A stretch of 64,000 bases of DNA from Ruditapes philippinarum (lineage: Eukaryota): assembly GCF_026571515.1 (NCBI RefSeq), contig NW_026867019.1:124001-188000 (forward strand), written 5' to 3'. The stretch's first letter is position 1; each line of letters starts with the position of its first letter. A program made the translations under genes and the position numbers. Of this stretch, positions 51,411 through 64,000 are shown one piece after another. The notes below the pieces were generated by a model. That model was not told where the DNA came from and ran no database searches. It saw only the letters and a program-made list of their open reading frames with translations.

Positions 51411-51562
51411 AATATCTGACATATGTTTGCGATTCGGATCGGAATATCCGTCCCTCGGTCACCCGCCCATGGGCGGTAACTCGGCAAGCCTCGTTACCGC
51501 CCAATGGGCGGGTCACCTCGGGACGGATATTCCGATCCGAACCGCAAAATATGACAGATATT
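51411..51562. repeat. GC-rich 150-bp palindrome (probable non-autonomous element)
   Basis: ttcggatcggaatatccgtccc...gggacggatattccgatccgaa arms; centre ctcggcaagcctcg. Confidence 0.85.
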
Positions 51563-52861
51563 ATTAATATGAGACGTGTAAGCAAAGATTACCTAGGTAA
51601 ATAGAACAAAAAATATATTTACATATATATAATACACAGCTTGCTTTATTGAGAATGCTGCTGTGATTCATTTTTCTACATATTTCTACTAATGTATCTT
51701 AAAGACTATTTATAAAGCATTTCATTTGGCGGTCTGAATTGTATATATAGAGAGCGTACAATATAGCATAGCACATATCTCACCTTCTACCATATCAATA
51801 GAGTAAAAACAAGTTCCTTCATGTACTGACAGATTTTCAGGCCTCCCAGTTTCCAGTCTTATCGGTGCACAATAAAATGTTTCCAGACAAACATTATTGG
51901 TAATAAAGGAAAAAAGTATATAACAAAATATGATAAAATAAACAAATAGTGGGATTAAATTTATTATACATTAACCATTTTATTATCAAAACTATATATA
52001 AAAATGTCTATCCAAGGTGAAACATTATAAAAGTTTTCACATTTAAGCTAAACAATTATTTTTACAAAAAGTAGATGTTTAGTAATGTACATTTTCAGTA
52101 CTGGTACTCATGTCGATGACTAGGAATAAAATTCCTGCCCAAGAAATATAATTTATTATAAAAAAAATGATTTGATATACAAAATGATAAAAGAAAATAG
52201 AAAAATCATGTTGTCATGTACAACAAAAGCTATAGAAACATTTTCTGAGAAATTAATTTGCCTACAATATACGATTCATATGACAAAATGGCTAATTTCG
52301 CATTGCTAAAGTCCTTAGTATTGAACACAATTGTATTTTGTTTACAAAAACATAGTGAAATGTTAATGGTACATTTGGTGTGCAAACCATTGGTAACATA
52401 TGATTTACTTAAATTGCAAACGTACTTTTGACAACGTAACCTATATTACATTCATTTTAATTAATTTAAAATACCTTCATTTGAAGAATATTTTAATTGT
52501 ATTGTTATTTGTTTTAATTGCTTACCCGTTTTTGTTTACAGTTGCTTATTAGAAATTATCATAAAATAAAGGCAAATAAAACAAAGTTGAATATGAGGAA
52601 TTATAGCATGGATAACTGCTTTATATTCGATTGAAATGTCATATCAAATTTTTGTATAAATCATTCATTAATACAATCAATGATGTGGTCGGAAATGTCC
52701 ATATGTATCTTCTGCTACTTAAAGTACGACTAAAATAATCATTGGTATTACTCTCGGGAACAGAGATTATTATTAAGCTATACAATAATTGCTCTACTCT
52801 TAAATATCAAGTCCATACAGATAATGTACATATAATATCAATGTTTAATGTTAAGATTAAT

Positions 52862-55797
52862 CTAACTATCTCTAATACTTCCAACAGTTACTGGCTCATA
52901 ATCATCCGCCTTTCCAAAACTATCTCTGTCAGAAGCTGAAAACATAACGGTATAAACCAATCTTTTATATCAAATCACTTCAATACACATGTCTAAATAA
53001 CAACATAACAACAATTATTTAAATCAGTAAAGAGCATGATATAAAATGATTATTAATACATATCATAATATGACGTATTTTAATCCTCTATGTTTAGTTC
53101 ACGGGAGTGATAATCAAGAAAGAAACAATAGATATACATATCATACCTATTGCTTGGCTGGAAGTGTTAATAACATTTACCGAATGTCCTATTTCCAGTT
53201 TGATACCTGAAACGAGTAATTATTTCACTGCAGAATGCAAATAATTTCACAATAAAACAATTCACGACGTATTATTTCTAATGTAAATGATAATGAAAAT
53301 GATATATGTTTGATTACTTTTTAAAAACATTCTAGATTTAACTGTGTTACTTAAACATTTACCAGTGTTTTCATAATGCTGTTCTGTCGTGTTGTCATTA
53401 TCAAAAACCCTGAAAGCAAAGTTTAAAAATCATTTTACATTGTTCGAAATTGTTTAAGTATTGATTATGCTTTAATTTTTGGTCATATGAAATACGAAAC
53501 ATCTGGAAGTTGATAGATAAAATGAGTAGGATTTCAAGCAGCATGTCTCCAAATTCTTGCTAACTTTTATGATTTTTTATAAATCTATAAAAAAAAAGTA
53601 ACATTACACTTAAAATCTACGAAAATTACAAAAGCATAAGTCGGAATGTTCAAAAATAGTACTTAATGCGTTAGTCACGCAGTAGAAATATGGAGTTTAA
53701 TACTTCGAAACCAGTCATTTATTGCATATATCTTGCAGACCATTTCTAGAATTGAGAAGGCTTATAATTTAAACTAAAAATGCAATAGAAAAACCTCAAG
53801 CGGGATCTCACAAGGCCGCGCATATAAACAATAATGTCGTAGTACTTATTATCATCGACGCATTGCTACAGTCCATTTGAAGTTGGCACATATGATTTTT
53901 TACTAATGTGTTATCTATCACATCGCTAGTCTTTTATCTATTTTTTGTCTTACCCTCATGCTGATTTTTATTTTTCCACTTTGTTCTTTTAAAATAATGT
54001 TTCAAGACATTATTGATACATGACAATTGTGAAGAACTATACTATTAATGCTACCTGTTTAAATTTGGTAATCGTATAAAATCTCACTGTACCTGATTCG
54101 ACGTATTAGACGAACTAAGATCACCAAAAGTACGATATTACCAATTATAGACAAAACCAGAATTGTTCCAAGTGCAGCGAATGTCTTTGTTGGTAACTGG
54201 TTTGATTGTTCTAAGGCTGAAAGAATATCAATGATTGTGTATGCTTGTTAATTACAGTGTTTTCTTCACAACAGATTAAATATTTCGTCAACAGTATTTA
54301 GGTTTTTAGTGTTAGATGTTGGTCAATAAATATATAAGAAATTCTGAGAGTGTCAGAAATAAATAATTTTGTAGGTTCGAAGTCAGGATTGAATAGAAAG
54401 GATGTCCTTCACATTCACAAAAGCATAATGAGCAAAATAATAAAAGCAAAATAAAAGGCAAATATTAGCAAACAAAGGCAAATGAATTGTAAAGTTTCAA
54501 TTTTAATTAATTTGTTATTTAAATTAATGTTTAATGATGAAGTAATTATTTGTTAAAAAAAACATAAAACACAAAGTCAGGTGATTAACAGTTGATTCAG
54601 AGCGGTATAGAAATGTCTGGAATACAATGTATTTACCCAATTAAAAACGATAAATGGCAGGACAGGGACAAACTAGGATATACCTGACTGTAAGTTAAGA
54701 GAGCCTCTGTCTCAATAAGAACAACTGGAATTCGATCCTTTTTACACGATCGTGGAAAACATTTTTAAAACGCAAAACTATGTAAAAAAAATCTAATTTG
54801 CAAATAAGACATTGCTCTCATTCATACTTTCGAACTTCATCAAATGTTTTATACATTTAAATTTCAAACAGTGTTTCCAAACACAATTAATTTGAACAAG
54901 ACCAATTACAGTAATGTCAATACAAACCTGCTGAACATACGTCGCATTTATCACCAGTGATTATATCTATAACACATCCGTCCGTGCAATCTCCGGAATC
55001 TTTATCACAAACGTCTGCTTTACATCCCGCAGAGCATTGTTGATTACACATATTTCCGTATTTACCGGCTTTGCATCTATCACATCTTTCCCCAGCGAAA
55101 TTAGGAAAACAGTCACAGTTTCCAGTTAAAATATGACAAGTATTTATACAACCAGCTGAGCAATTTTTCTTACAATATGATCCATAGAGGCCGGATTTAC
55201 AAACTGAGCAACTGTCATAGGATGAGCATCGTATACAGTTATCTTGACATTTGTATGTACAGTCGTTTAACAAAGGAAAACTTATGTTGTTATTCTTGTA
55301 ACCTTTAAAATACCCATCCTTACACGATCCACAATCAGTATAAGCTGAACAATTGACACAGTTACCTGGACATAAGCTATAACAATTAATACTGGTATCG
55401 TAATAACCGTCCTTACATGACACACACTGATTATTTTCACAATTACAACTTTCAGAACAGTAACGATAGCGACAGTCTTTGTGACCATTGTCATTATAAT
55501 ATCCCTCCTTGCATGATGTACACGTGGTACCTGACGTGCATGTTTTACATCCAGGTAAACATTGTGATGTGCAGTCTCTAGCAGGACCAAGATAATATCC
55601 ATCATAACACGCAGTGCAGTTTTCTGTATCTTCAAAGTTATCACATTTTGTACAGTTGTGTATACATTTTTCATAACAGCGAGCACCACTATAGCCATCG
55701 ATACAGCCTAGCTTACATTCGTTTTGAAAAAAATGACCTGCTCCACATTTTCTGTCTATGCAACATGCACAATCCACAGTACAATCTATACCACTCC
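52862..55797 (-). CDS. Multiple EGF/furin-like Cys-repeat type I membrane receptor (MEGF10/11- or SCARF-like), 5' exon not found
   Basis: 870-nt phase 1-1 Cys-rich exon 54928-55797; TM exon 54093-54216 (FAALGTILVLSIIGNIVLLVILVRLIRR); candidate cytoplasmic exons 53954-53985, ~53363-53409 (HYENT) and 52862-52935 (DDYEPV...*), whose phases I could not fully reconcile. Confidence 0.8.
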
Positions 55798-58700
55798 CTG
55801 GAAAAATCAAATTTCTGTTTTCAGTTTGACTTAATATTTGTATGGGCATTGATATGAATAAATGTGAGCATCTATAACATTCTATTTGTATCTTTGTAGG
55901 TTAATTATAAACAATATAAAGGACGCCCTTTAGTTTCTTTAATTGCTTTAATTGCTCTACATTCGTGTTTCCTTTTGTCTGTGCTCAGTGTCCCATAAAT
56001 TCCATTAAATTGTGTACTGAGTGGTGTTTAGCGCTGCTTCAAGTTAACATTAATCTTCATTTCATAAATTGTAATTTATCTAAGAAATTTCCTATTATGT
56101 GTCCTGTCTTGCAAATCCCTAAAGGGTGAACGATGACAGGTAATGCATTGACGAACAACTACAAGATATTTAAGTTATCCTTCCCCCTCTCCCCCCTGAC
56201 GTTTTCATATGAAAATAACCTGTCTTAGAAAAGGTACAGTTCTTGAAATGTCATTGGGTCTGCAGTTTATCACTATATATTGAGGAATTGTATCGCTTGG
56301 TATTAAATGTTCTTTAAAAAGTAGATTGAATGGACTGATTTAAAGCAGACAGTAAGAAAGAACAAAGTAAAATGATCAGAACATAAATAAAGACAGTGAT
56401 ACTATTTGTTGTACATCTCTTGTTTATTTTTTAATATTCGAAATAGGTTGTATACTTAACAACACTAATTCCGCGTCATCACTTTATTTCACTGTAATAT
56501 ATAACAAAGTTTTTGTGCAAAATATTTTAAATCTCTAGATTTTTACGTAAACAGAACAACATTTTTCAAATTTCTGCAGAAATCAAAAATAGGTCCTAAA
56601 GTTTGTGCGTATGTCTGAAACAATCATCATTTTCTAAATGTTCTTGTTTGTTGATAAAATAAATTTTGAGTTACAAAGTAAAGATAGTTTTAATAATTTA
56701 AATTAAGCAAGATAACATGAAGAAATGTTAACTGAAACATGAAGAAACTGAAATGTAACAACATTACCGCGATTTAAATGATAAAATAATGTTTTCAAAA
56801 ATGGCCGACATATGGTCTACATTTTGTCTATTAAAATTAACTTTGACTAAATATATTGTTGTTTCCTTGTGTCATACAGCAAAAAGTACCTATATGTTAT
56901 GGCTTATGACATTTTTATTCGATACGTTCCATTTGTTGTTCTCTTTCTGGTTTCAAAGCGTTAAGTACCGTGAACTAAGAGGAGAACATTATAATATCAT
57001 AAATTGTCTAAAATGTCAGTCCAGAGAAAATCCCGGGACTGAAAATGATTTTTCGAGAATAAGATTCCATTTGATGTAGGCTTTGACCGATACAATAACT
57101 ATTGTGCAAACTTTCAGATAATTTGTTCACTCTGTTTTCCAATAATAATTATTATAAATGTAAAAATAGCCGACAATTTAAAAGCGTTGCAACTATTTTC
57201 GTGTGGCACAATGTCCAGAATTTAGTTTTATACATTAACATAACCAATATTAATATTGCCCCGTGGATCATAGTTCTCCTGCCCCGGACAGTTAGATAAT
57301 ATAGACTTATAAAGAAAACACAAGAAAGAAAATCCTATTGTGGAAAATTTGAATGCTTAAAAGTGAGATATTATGAAGCACTGGTTCGTGATCCTCCAAA
57401 ATCAAATATAATTCATGACTCTGTGTTAAAATTACCTCACCATATGGTCTTTTAGTTTATGTGGCCTTAATAGTTAACATATCTTATTCATGTTTACTGC
57501 TAAACAAAAGCCAAGAGCTTTGATATTTGACAAACCACACCAATAGGAGAGACTTCTACAGAAGTTATATTAATAATGACCTTCAGGTTTATCTTGGTCT
57601 AACCCGTGGTTCACTGGCTTTATAAAGGCTAATGTTCATGTATAAAAATATGTCTCATTTTATTAAGAAAAACAACAAACCCACACGCTTATATATTATT
57701 GTCTAGTTGACTCAACAAATATGTTATGATTATAGCCTTGGGTCACAAAATAACCCAACCTTAGGATAACACCTTTTCGGGCAGTGCTTATGAACGAATA
57801 TGTCCTATTATTTGAAGATTTTTTATTTTTTCTCAAACCAAATTAATATTTTACTCGGGTGTTGTGAAGGGAATGCTACAGAGATTTACTTACATTGGAT
57901 TTTCTTTTTCATTTAAGTTCTTTTCTTCTTATTTTCCCTATTCTTTCATTGTGGACATGACATTGGTATATTTTTCGTTGAATAAACGGAAATGCAATTA
58001 TAACAAACGTATAAATATTATGCATATTTATTTGAGTGACAAAATGTAAAAGATGAGCATTATTTAGGTTTTTGTCCATACAAATTTCAGGATAATTTAG
58101 CACCTTAACAGATTATACCATGTTCCTTTGAAGAAGATTGAAATGTTTTGAAATCCACTCTAGAATTTTACTGCTTGTGTCGGCAACATGTAAATATGCC
58201 TTTTCCCATTGTGGCACATTCAAATAACATAGATAAATGAAAAGCATCTAAAAGATTATGCATATACATGTTCAGTTGTAAAGTGTAATGAGAATATAAC
58301 AAAATGTCACTACGACGTAGGGTTGCGGTTTCCCGGCTATTTTTAGACAATCGTTTTGGATATTCCATCATCATACGTATTTCCCCAACAATAAGTTCAT
58401 ATAACAAAACCAAAATCTATCTTAATTACCGTGTGCACTAACTCTACTTGGGTTTTTTCTGCGAGATAAAGATTCGTTTTAAACATACGCCACTGGTCAG
58501 AAGAATATGTATCTTGAATAATTTTGTAATTAATTAAAAAACGTATAACTGGTCAAATCACATAGCAAATACGCGGCACTACTTCAGCGCTAGATAAGTT
58601 TAATCTATGACGAGAAATAGATGTTTACTTAACGTAAGACATATAAATCACTGGAAGTATGTAACTTTGTGGTTCGAACAGTTTCTAACTCCTGTGGTAG

Positions 58701-60811
58701 GAAACAAAGATTCACAAATAATAAATTAATGTTAAGTTGGTAGACAACCAAGTATGCAAATCATTCATAATGTTTTAAGGTATCTGATTGTCCAGTCGTA
58801 TATATGCACAAACTTTATAAATGACCGTTGGTCTGATGTGTACCAATTTCTTGCAGGCCGTTTTTAGAGCTTAGAGAACATTCTGTTTTACATTTAAAAA
58901 TACCACATAATAGAGAGAAAGCATAACAAGACAAAATTGAAAATGTTGCAGGCTCGGTTCATGGACCGTAATGGAAAGTGCAAATTAAAGGCGCATTTAC
59001 AAGGTAACTTCGTATCGGTGCTCATATTTATAATAGACGCGGACGATTTTATTCTGTGATTGCATTCAGAACTTTTCTGCCACTTCTAAAACATTTCTTC
59101 AATCAAACTCGGCTGACTGACGATCAGTTGCATCAAGGAAGCTTACACGCCTTTTGTGATAAAAAAGTCCCAGACGGTAGAAGCAATTTGTTTTAACATA
59201 ATTTTGTATGACCAACTGGGGACTTCTACAGGGATTCAGTGGCGCATCCTAATGAGATGAAATCGCCCATACGGTAACACTATGGGTGCTGGGTTGTTTT
59301 CAAACAAATGGGTTGTTTTAATACATATTTCAACAATTTTGCCGGTAGCTGATCTGGTCCTTTGCTTTTACTACGGTTCTGGGCATGAACTGTAATTTGG
59401 AATTCATAGGTTGTAGATGGTGCATTGTGATTTTTTTTATTATTGTTCCGTTTTATTTTGTGTGTTATAATAAATCTGTGTGGTAGTTTGTGCAGTATCA
59501 TTTATTGTACTATATAATGTGTTAAAGTGATAAGTATTACCTTTCTGTGCCTCAGAAGGGAACTCTAACGAGGAATGGTCAGAAAATTCTGTGATATCTA
59601 ATATTTCAAAAATGTTTTATAAAATCGATATTTTAAAGTTCTAATAACGGATTATCTACAGTACTTGATCCATTTATACCTGTAGATTTTCAAAAATCTT
59701 TTATCGTGTTTTAACCGTCTGGTTCCAATCATCATATTGGAAGTTTTAAACAGTGAAATAAGTTTTCAACCTTGAGAATCTAATGTATGGTCCTGATGAA
59801 ATTTAAATGGTTTATTACATACATTTATTATGAAGTTCTTTTTTTATAAGTTTCTAAAATTATATATTATTTATACGCAGCAAATGACAAATGTTGTAGA
59901 ATATTGTAGAATGTTTTCTAACTTACTAACAATAACAAAATTGAAGAGGAATCACAAGACTTAGAAATAATAGGACGTTAACCCAAAGGAACACACAGGT
60001 ATACTCATTCCACATAAACTTCGGAAAATCATAAAAATCTAAAACGATGGGCATATTTTAATCAGTGGCATCGGAAACGCTTTTTTATAGATACGTTATA
60101 CAGGCGAAAAATAATAAGTAGAGTCATTCATTCCGAAAAAGCAGTTTTGAACTGTTCTTGGGTATACTATTAGAGAGCACTTCCGAAGGCACTTTGGGTT
60201 TCGAAGCGGTTTACCGAAAAGGCAAGATTTGATTAATGAATTTATACAAATTTCACAAGGAGAGAGGTAAGAACTAAAAGAGTGATGTAGCAAAACCTCA
60301 ATTCACAACTCCTCTTAATAAGCTTGAACCAAGACTGACCGGTGTGCAGGTGCATTATCATCGAGTAATGTGATCTGCGCACTCAATGCCTTGAGTGCTT
60401 TGTGATGTAGTAATTAACTACAGCAAGGAAACATGGTCACATTAAAATGATCCAGTGTCAGTTCTCCCCTCAGCGACATGGGCAACTATTCCTTCACTGT
60501 CAAAATAGAGCGTACATATCTCTTTTAACGCCACTGCTTCGTCGAGCAACAACTGAGCGATCGATGTTTTCACCTACCCACAATTTGTTAATGAATTTAT
60601 TGTCGGACTAAAATAAATAATGCCACATTTCATTCCCTGGGACAATTTCTCACAAGACGTCTATGATCTCGATCATTAAACCTGGTCACTATGCTCCAAT
60701 TAAACGTGTAAAATCTCAATTTTCAAATGAATTTGCAAACAACAAAATCATTCTAAGTTCTTTCTTAAACAAATTAGGCTAGAATTGTCTTGTTGTTTTT
60801 ACACGATGTAT

Positions 60812-62300
60812 ATTTATTTATTTATTTTAGTCTCATCTGTGTACAATTACATATATTTCAAAATAAAAGATAAACATTACATTGTACATAGCCATTCTTT
60901 AAGTAGAATTACAGGAGACTTAAGATATTTTACATATTTTACAATTAAAACCATATTCTGTTATGTTATGGGCATATGTATGTGTATATATGAAATATAT
61001 GCACATATATATGCAGATATATTACACATTAAAATTAAATGCATATTAAAACATCACATAATATCCACTGTAAAATCTGCCAATAGTGACAGCTCTAATA
61101 AAAGTTCACTATTAAAAGGTAACAGCTTAAATGAAAGCTCACTATTAAAAAGTAAAAATGTGCATCTTTATGATATTATTTGTCTAGAGGTTATCTTTGA
61201 TTATGGAGTGGTCTAATTGGCAGAATTTACCTTGTTAATACAGAATGCAACTCAGTATACATTAAAACATGATAGTTCATATTTAAACTGATATAAACAT
61301 GATAAAATACAGTCCAATTTTGTTAAGAAATAAAATATGTCATAGCAAGTCAGTTGTGAAGACAATTATTACAATAGTTTTATATACAAACATCCGACTT
61401 TCACTAAATGGTAAGAAGAATACATAAAAAAGAAAAATTAAAAATATGAGAGTTTGTTAAAATATTTAAAATTTGACTGGAGGCAAACCAATAATTTTAA
61501 GTTTAAATTTTATAATTCTAAGTCTATATTGTGTTAACATTGCTATTATACAGAGTGTTATTTCGAAGTTTTAATATATTGCAGCAGGTTTTTGCTAATG
61601 TACGTATCATTTCTGGGTGGGTAAACAAAAATAGAAACTTATCAATATCAGTAAGTAATTCAAAATTTGTATTTAATATAACTGCCTTTTCTAAAAGTAA
61701 ATTCCTATCAACAGAGTAAGTTGGACATTTCAATAACACATGGATTTCGTTTTCCACCAAGTCTTTGCAAAATGGACACACTCTTTCAGATTCAGGTAAT
61801 CTTTCATAACGCCCAGTTTCTAGTCGAAGTGGTGCTACGCCACATCTAAATTTTGCTAACGCAGATCTATGTGCATATGGTAATTGTAATTTACAATATG
61901 TTTCAACTTCATAATTAGTTTTTAAAAGTTTGTATGTCCTTAATTTATTACGACCTGTGCCATTAACACTTGTCACTCGATCAATATCTGTTCTCCATTG
62001 CAAAATATGAGCATCAACAATAGCATTTGTCATATCAGACACGAGATTTTTACGATGGAAAGGTGGTTGAATATAGGATGCTAAATTATAAGAAACTAAC
62101 TTATTCTTTACCAAGAATGGCCAATTTTTACACCTATTACTACTTTTAGACAAAGCCCAATCAAATATTCTCTTATTGGTTCTACGAATATCATAATTAC
62201 AACATCGGTACCAGTGATTACATATAGCTTTCCACTGGTCAACAGTTATTGGATTCCAACCCATATCTCCTTGTATAGCTGCATTTGGTGTATATTTACC
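60812..62300 (-). mobile_element. 5'-truncated non-LTR retrotransposon (ORF2 C-terminus, RTEX/CR1-group-like) with 3'UTR
   Basis: Open frame to the stop at 61524 with LAKFRCG..PLRLETGRY and CPFC...ENEIHVLLKC knuckle; (TAAA)n tail at ~60812-60830; candidate TSD ATGTAT at 60806-60811 and 62301-62306. Confidence 0.85.
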
Positions 62301-62649
62301 ATGTATGTAAAGAAGTTGAGGCTATGAACAAAAAAAATCTTTATATTTTCATAGTTGGATAAACTCCGACATAGTTTTAAAAACGTATATTTTCGATACA
62401 AATGCCGAAATCAATTAACATTTTATTCTTTCAAAACTCAGAATTAAATCGAATTGGCTATTCGAAATCGATATGCTATGAATAGCTATACCGCAACTCT
62501 GGATCCAACGAATCAATCAAAACTAGGGTTAAAAGTAAATTACCTCCTTTACCCATAAAACAATCGAACATAGAAATTTATAAATTACTCAGACGCAATA
62601 AAGCTGAAAAATGATACCTTCATCACGAATGGGATATTATACCACGGAA

Positions 62650-63900
62650 TAAAGTTGCAGGCTCGATTTGATGGAGCCTGTTAATGGACCGTCCACGCCA
62701 CCTAGCACCGGCTTAAGCAGAAACATCCGCAGATGTGTTCATATGGGGGTTATCATGGAACCTTCAATGTGACACGTAAGTACCATTCAATGAAAAGCAT
62801 ATGGTCCCCAAGTAAAAAATGCCCTAAACGAGAAAATAATGGGAGGAACTAAATAAAATTCAATTTTGAAAGTTGATCAGAGGTTATGAAGCCTGCATAT
62901 CACCGATCAGACTTCAAAAAACAAATTAAAAAGCAGGCCACATATCCAAAAATATTCAAGTGAGAAATACTGGAACCACCCTAAAACAAAATAGCCAAAT
63001 AGATAGAACTAGATTACCACAAGCACAACAATAATGTCGTGCTGAACGATTTTTAAGGATCGGATATATAACATCTCTGATTGAATGTATGGGGCGACTT
63101 TTTACAGCCGCCACACGCACAAACAACGCTGATGTGGCGACAAAATAGAGAAAATAAGAATCCCCAAAGAAAGGCAAACACGGCAAAACCTAAATGCTGC
63201 AGGCTCGGTTTGATTGAGCCTGTTCATGGACTGTACTGCCAAGTGCAAAATACAGTCCAGTCCATGGAATCTTTCTACAGGAACTTAACAATATGAAACT
63301 ATACCTTGTTTATAAGAAAGTTTATACTCATTTCATTTAACGCTTTAAAACAAACTATTAATAGTGTCAGTGTTCAGGGTTATAGACGTAACAGCTATAC
63401 ATACCTTCTCAGAAAATGTAACACTTACATAACACCAGCTTATTACATACTAAAATGTACTTAATGCATGCAAAATAATGAATTCGCTTTTTTTCGTTTT
63501 ATCACATATTTTATAATTGTAAATTACAGCTAGACATACCTTTTTCTTAACTTTATACTTATTTTATACCATATTAAACGTGTTACAACGTGCCCACTTA
63601 ACATTTATTATATGCTAAATTTTTTTAATAAAATGTATATAGAGAAAAACAGAATCCCTAAAGAAAGCCCAACGAGGCAAAATTATGAAATGTTGAAGGT
63701 CGGTTTGATTGAGTCTATTTATGGACGGTACTGGTAAGTTACCGTCCACGCCCACTATCACCAGCTTAAGCAGAATTCAACATAAATGTTGCAGGCTCGG
63801 TTTGATAGAGCCTGTTTCTCGGCGGTACTGTCAAGTGCAAACTACCGTCAAGGTCCCTAGTATCGGCTAAATAATGGAATCTTTCTACACGAAAAAAATG
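62650..63900 (+). repeat. Cluster of four copies of dispersed repeat family X
   Basis: Hairpin core caggctcggtttgattgagcctg (or variant) at ~62658, ~63200, ~63697 and ~63792; a further partial copy at ~58910-58985. Confidence 0.75.
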
Positions 63901-64000
63901 TTTATACAATAATACAATGTTCAATAATGAAATCTATTGTATCAGCAAACGACTGTCATCCTATATTCTTGACATGAGAATTGATAACAAGGTTATAACA

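Noticed and set aside
56200-56830. Candidate signal-peptide exon for the EGF receptor
   Set aside because: No ATG-initiated hydrophobic frame with a phase-1 donor was found
59330-60080. Possible retroelement relics (KSKGPDQLPAKLLK; DIRS-like KFMWN..YTC)
   Set aside because: Too short and degenerate to assign without a profile search
60785-61216. 143-aa plus-strand ORF
   Set aside because: AT-rich antisense of the LINE 3'UTR with no recognisable domain

Overview
AT-rich, intron-containing animal genomic DNA. The repeat types (Helentron/HINE-like element, CACTA-like and TA-TSD MITEs, tRNA-SINE) and an EGF-repeat receptor suggest a bivalve mollusc, probably an oyster (inference). The left two thirds (about 3.2-39.9 kb) hold a tandemly duplicated cluster of three co-located families of signal-peptide-less glycine-rich proteins built from Gly-X-X / GGxGGxGG segments. 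Family A is 63-64 aa, minus strand, with an MGNxGS myristoylation-type N-terminus. Family B is about 90 aa, plus strand and divergent from A. Family C is a four-coding-exon gene not visible in the ORF track, fusing an atypical RRM to 3-4 Gly-rich modules separated by Trp-rich or basic spacers. Three A-B-C units start near 11557, 23117 and 31107, with deletions, stops and older relics upstream. The right third holds a complete BEL/Pao LTR retrotransposon (identical 197-bp LTRs, 5-bp TSD, tRNA-iMet PBS, intact 1747-aa ORF), palindromic elements, a minus-strand MEGF10/11-like EGF-repeat membrane receptor and a 5'-truncated LINE. Parts of units 1-2 look like poorly polished long-read sequence, so some pseudogene calls there are uncertain.
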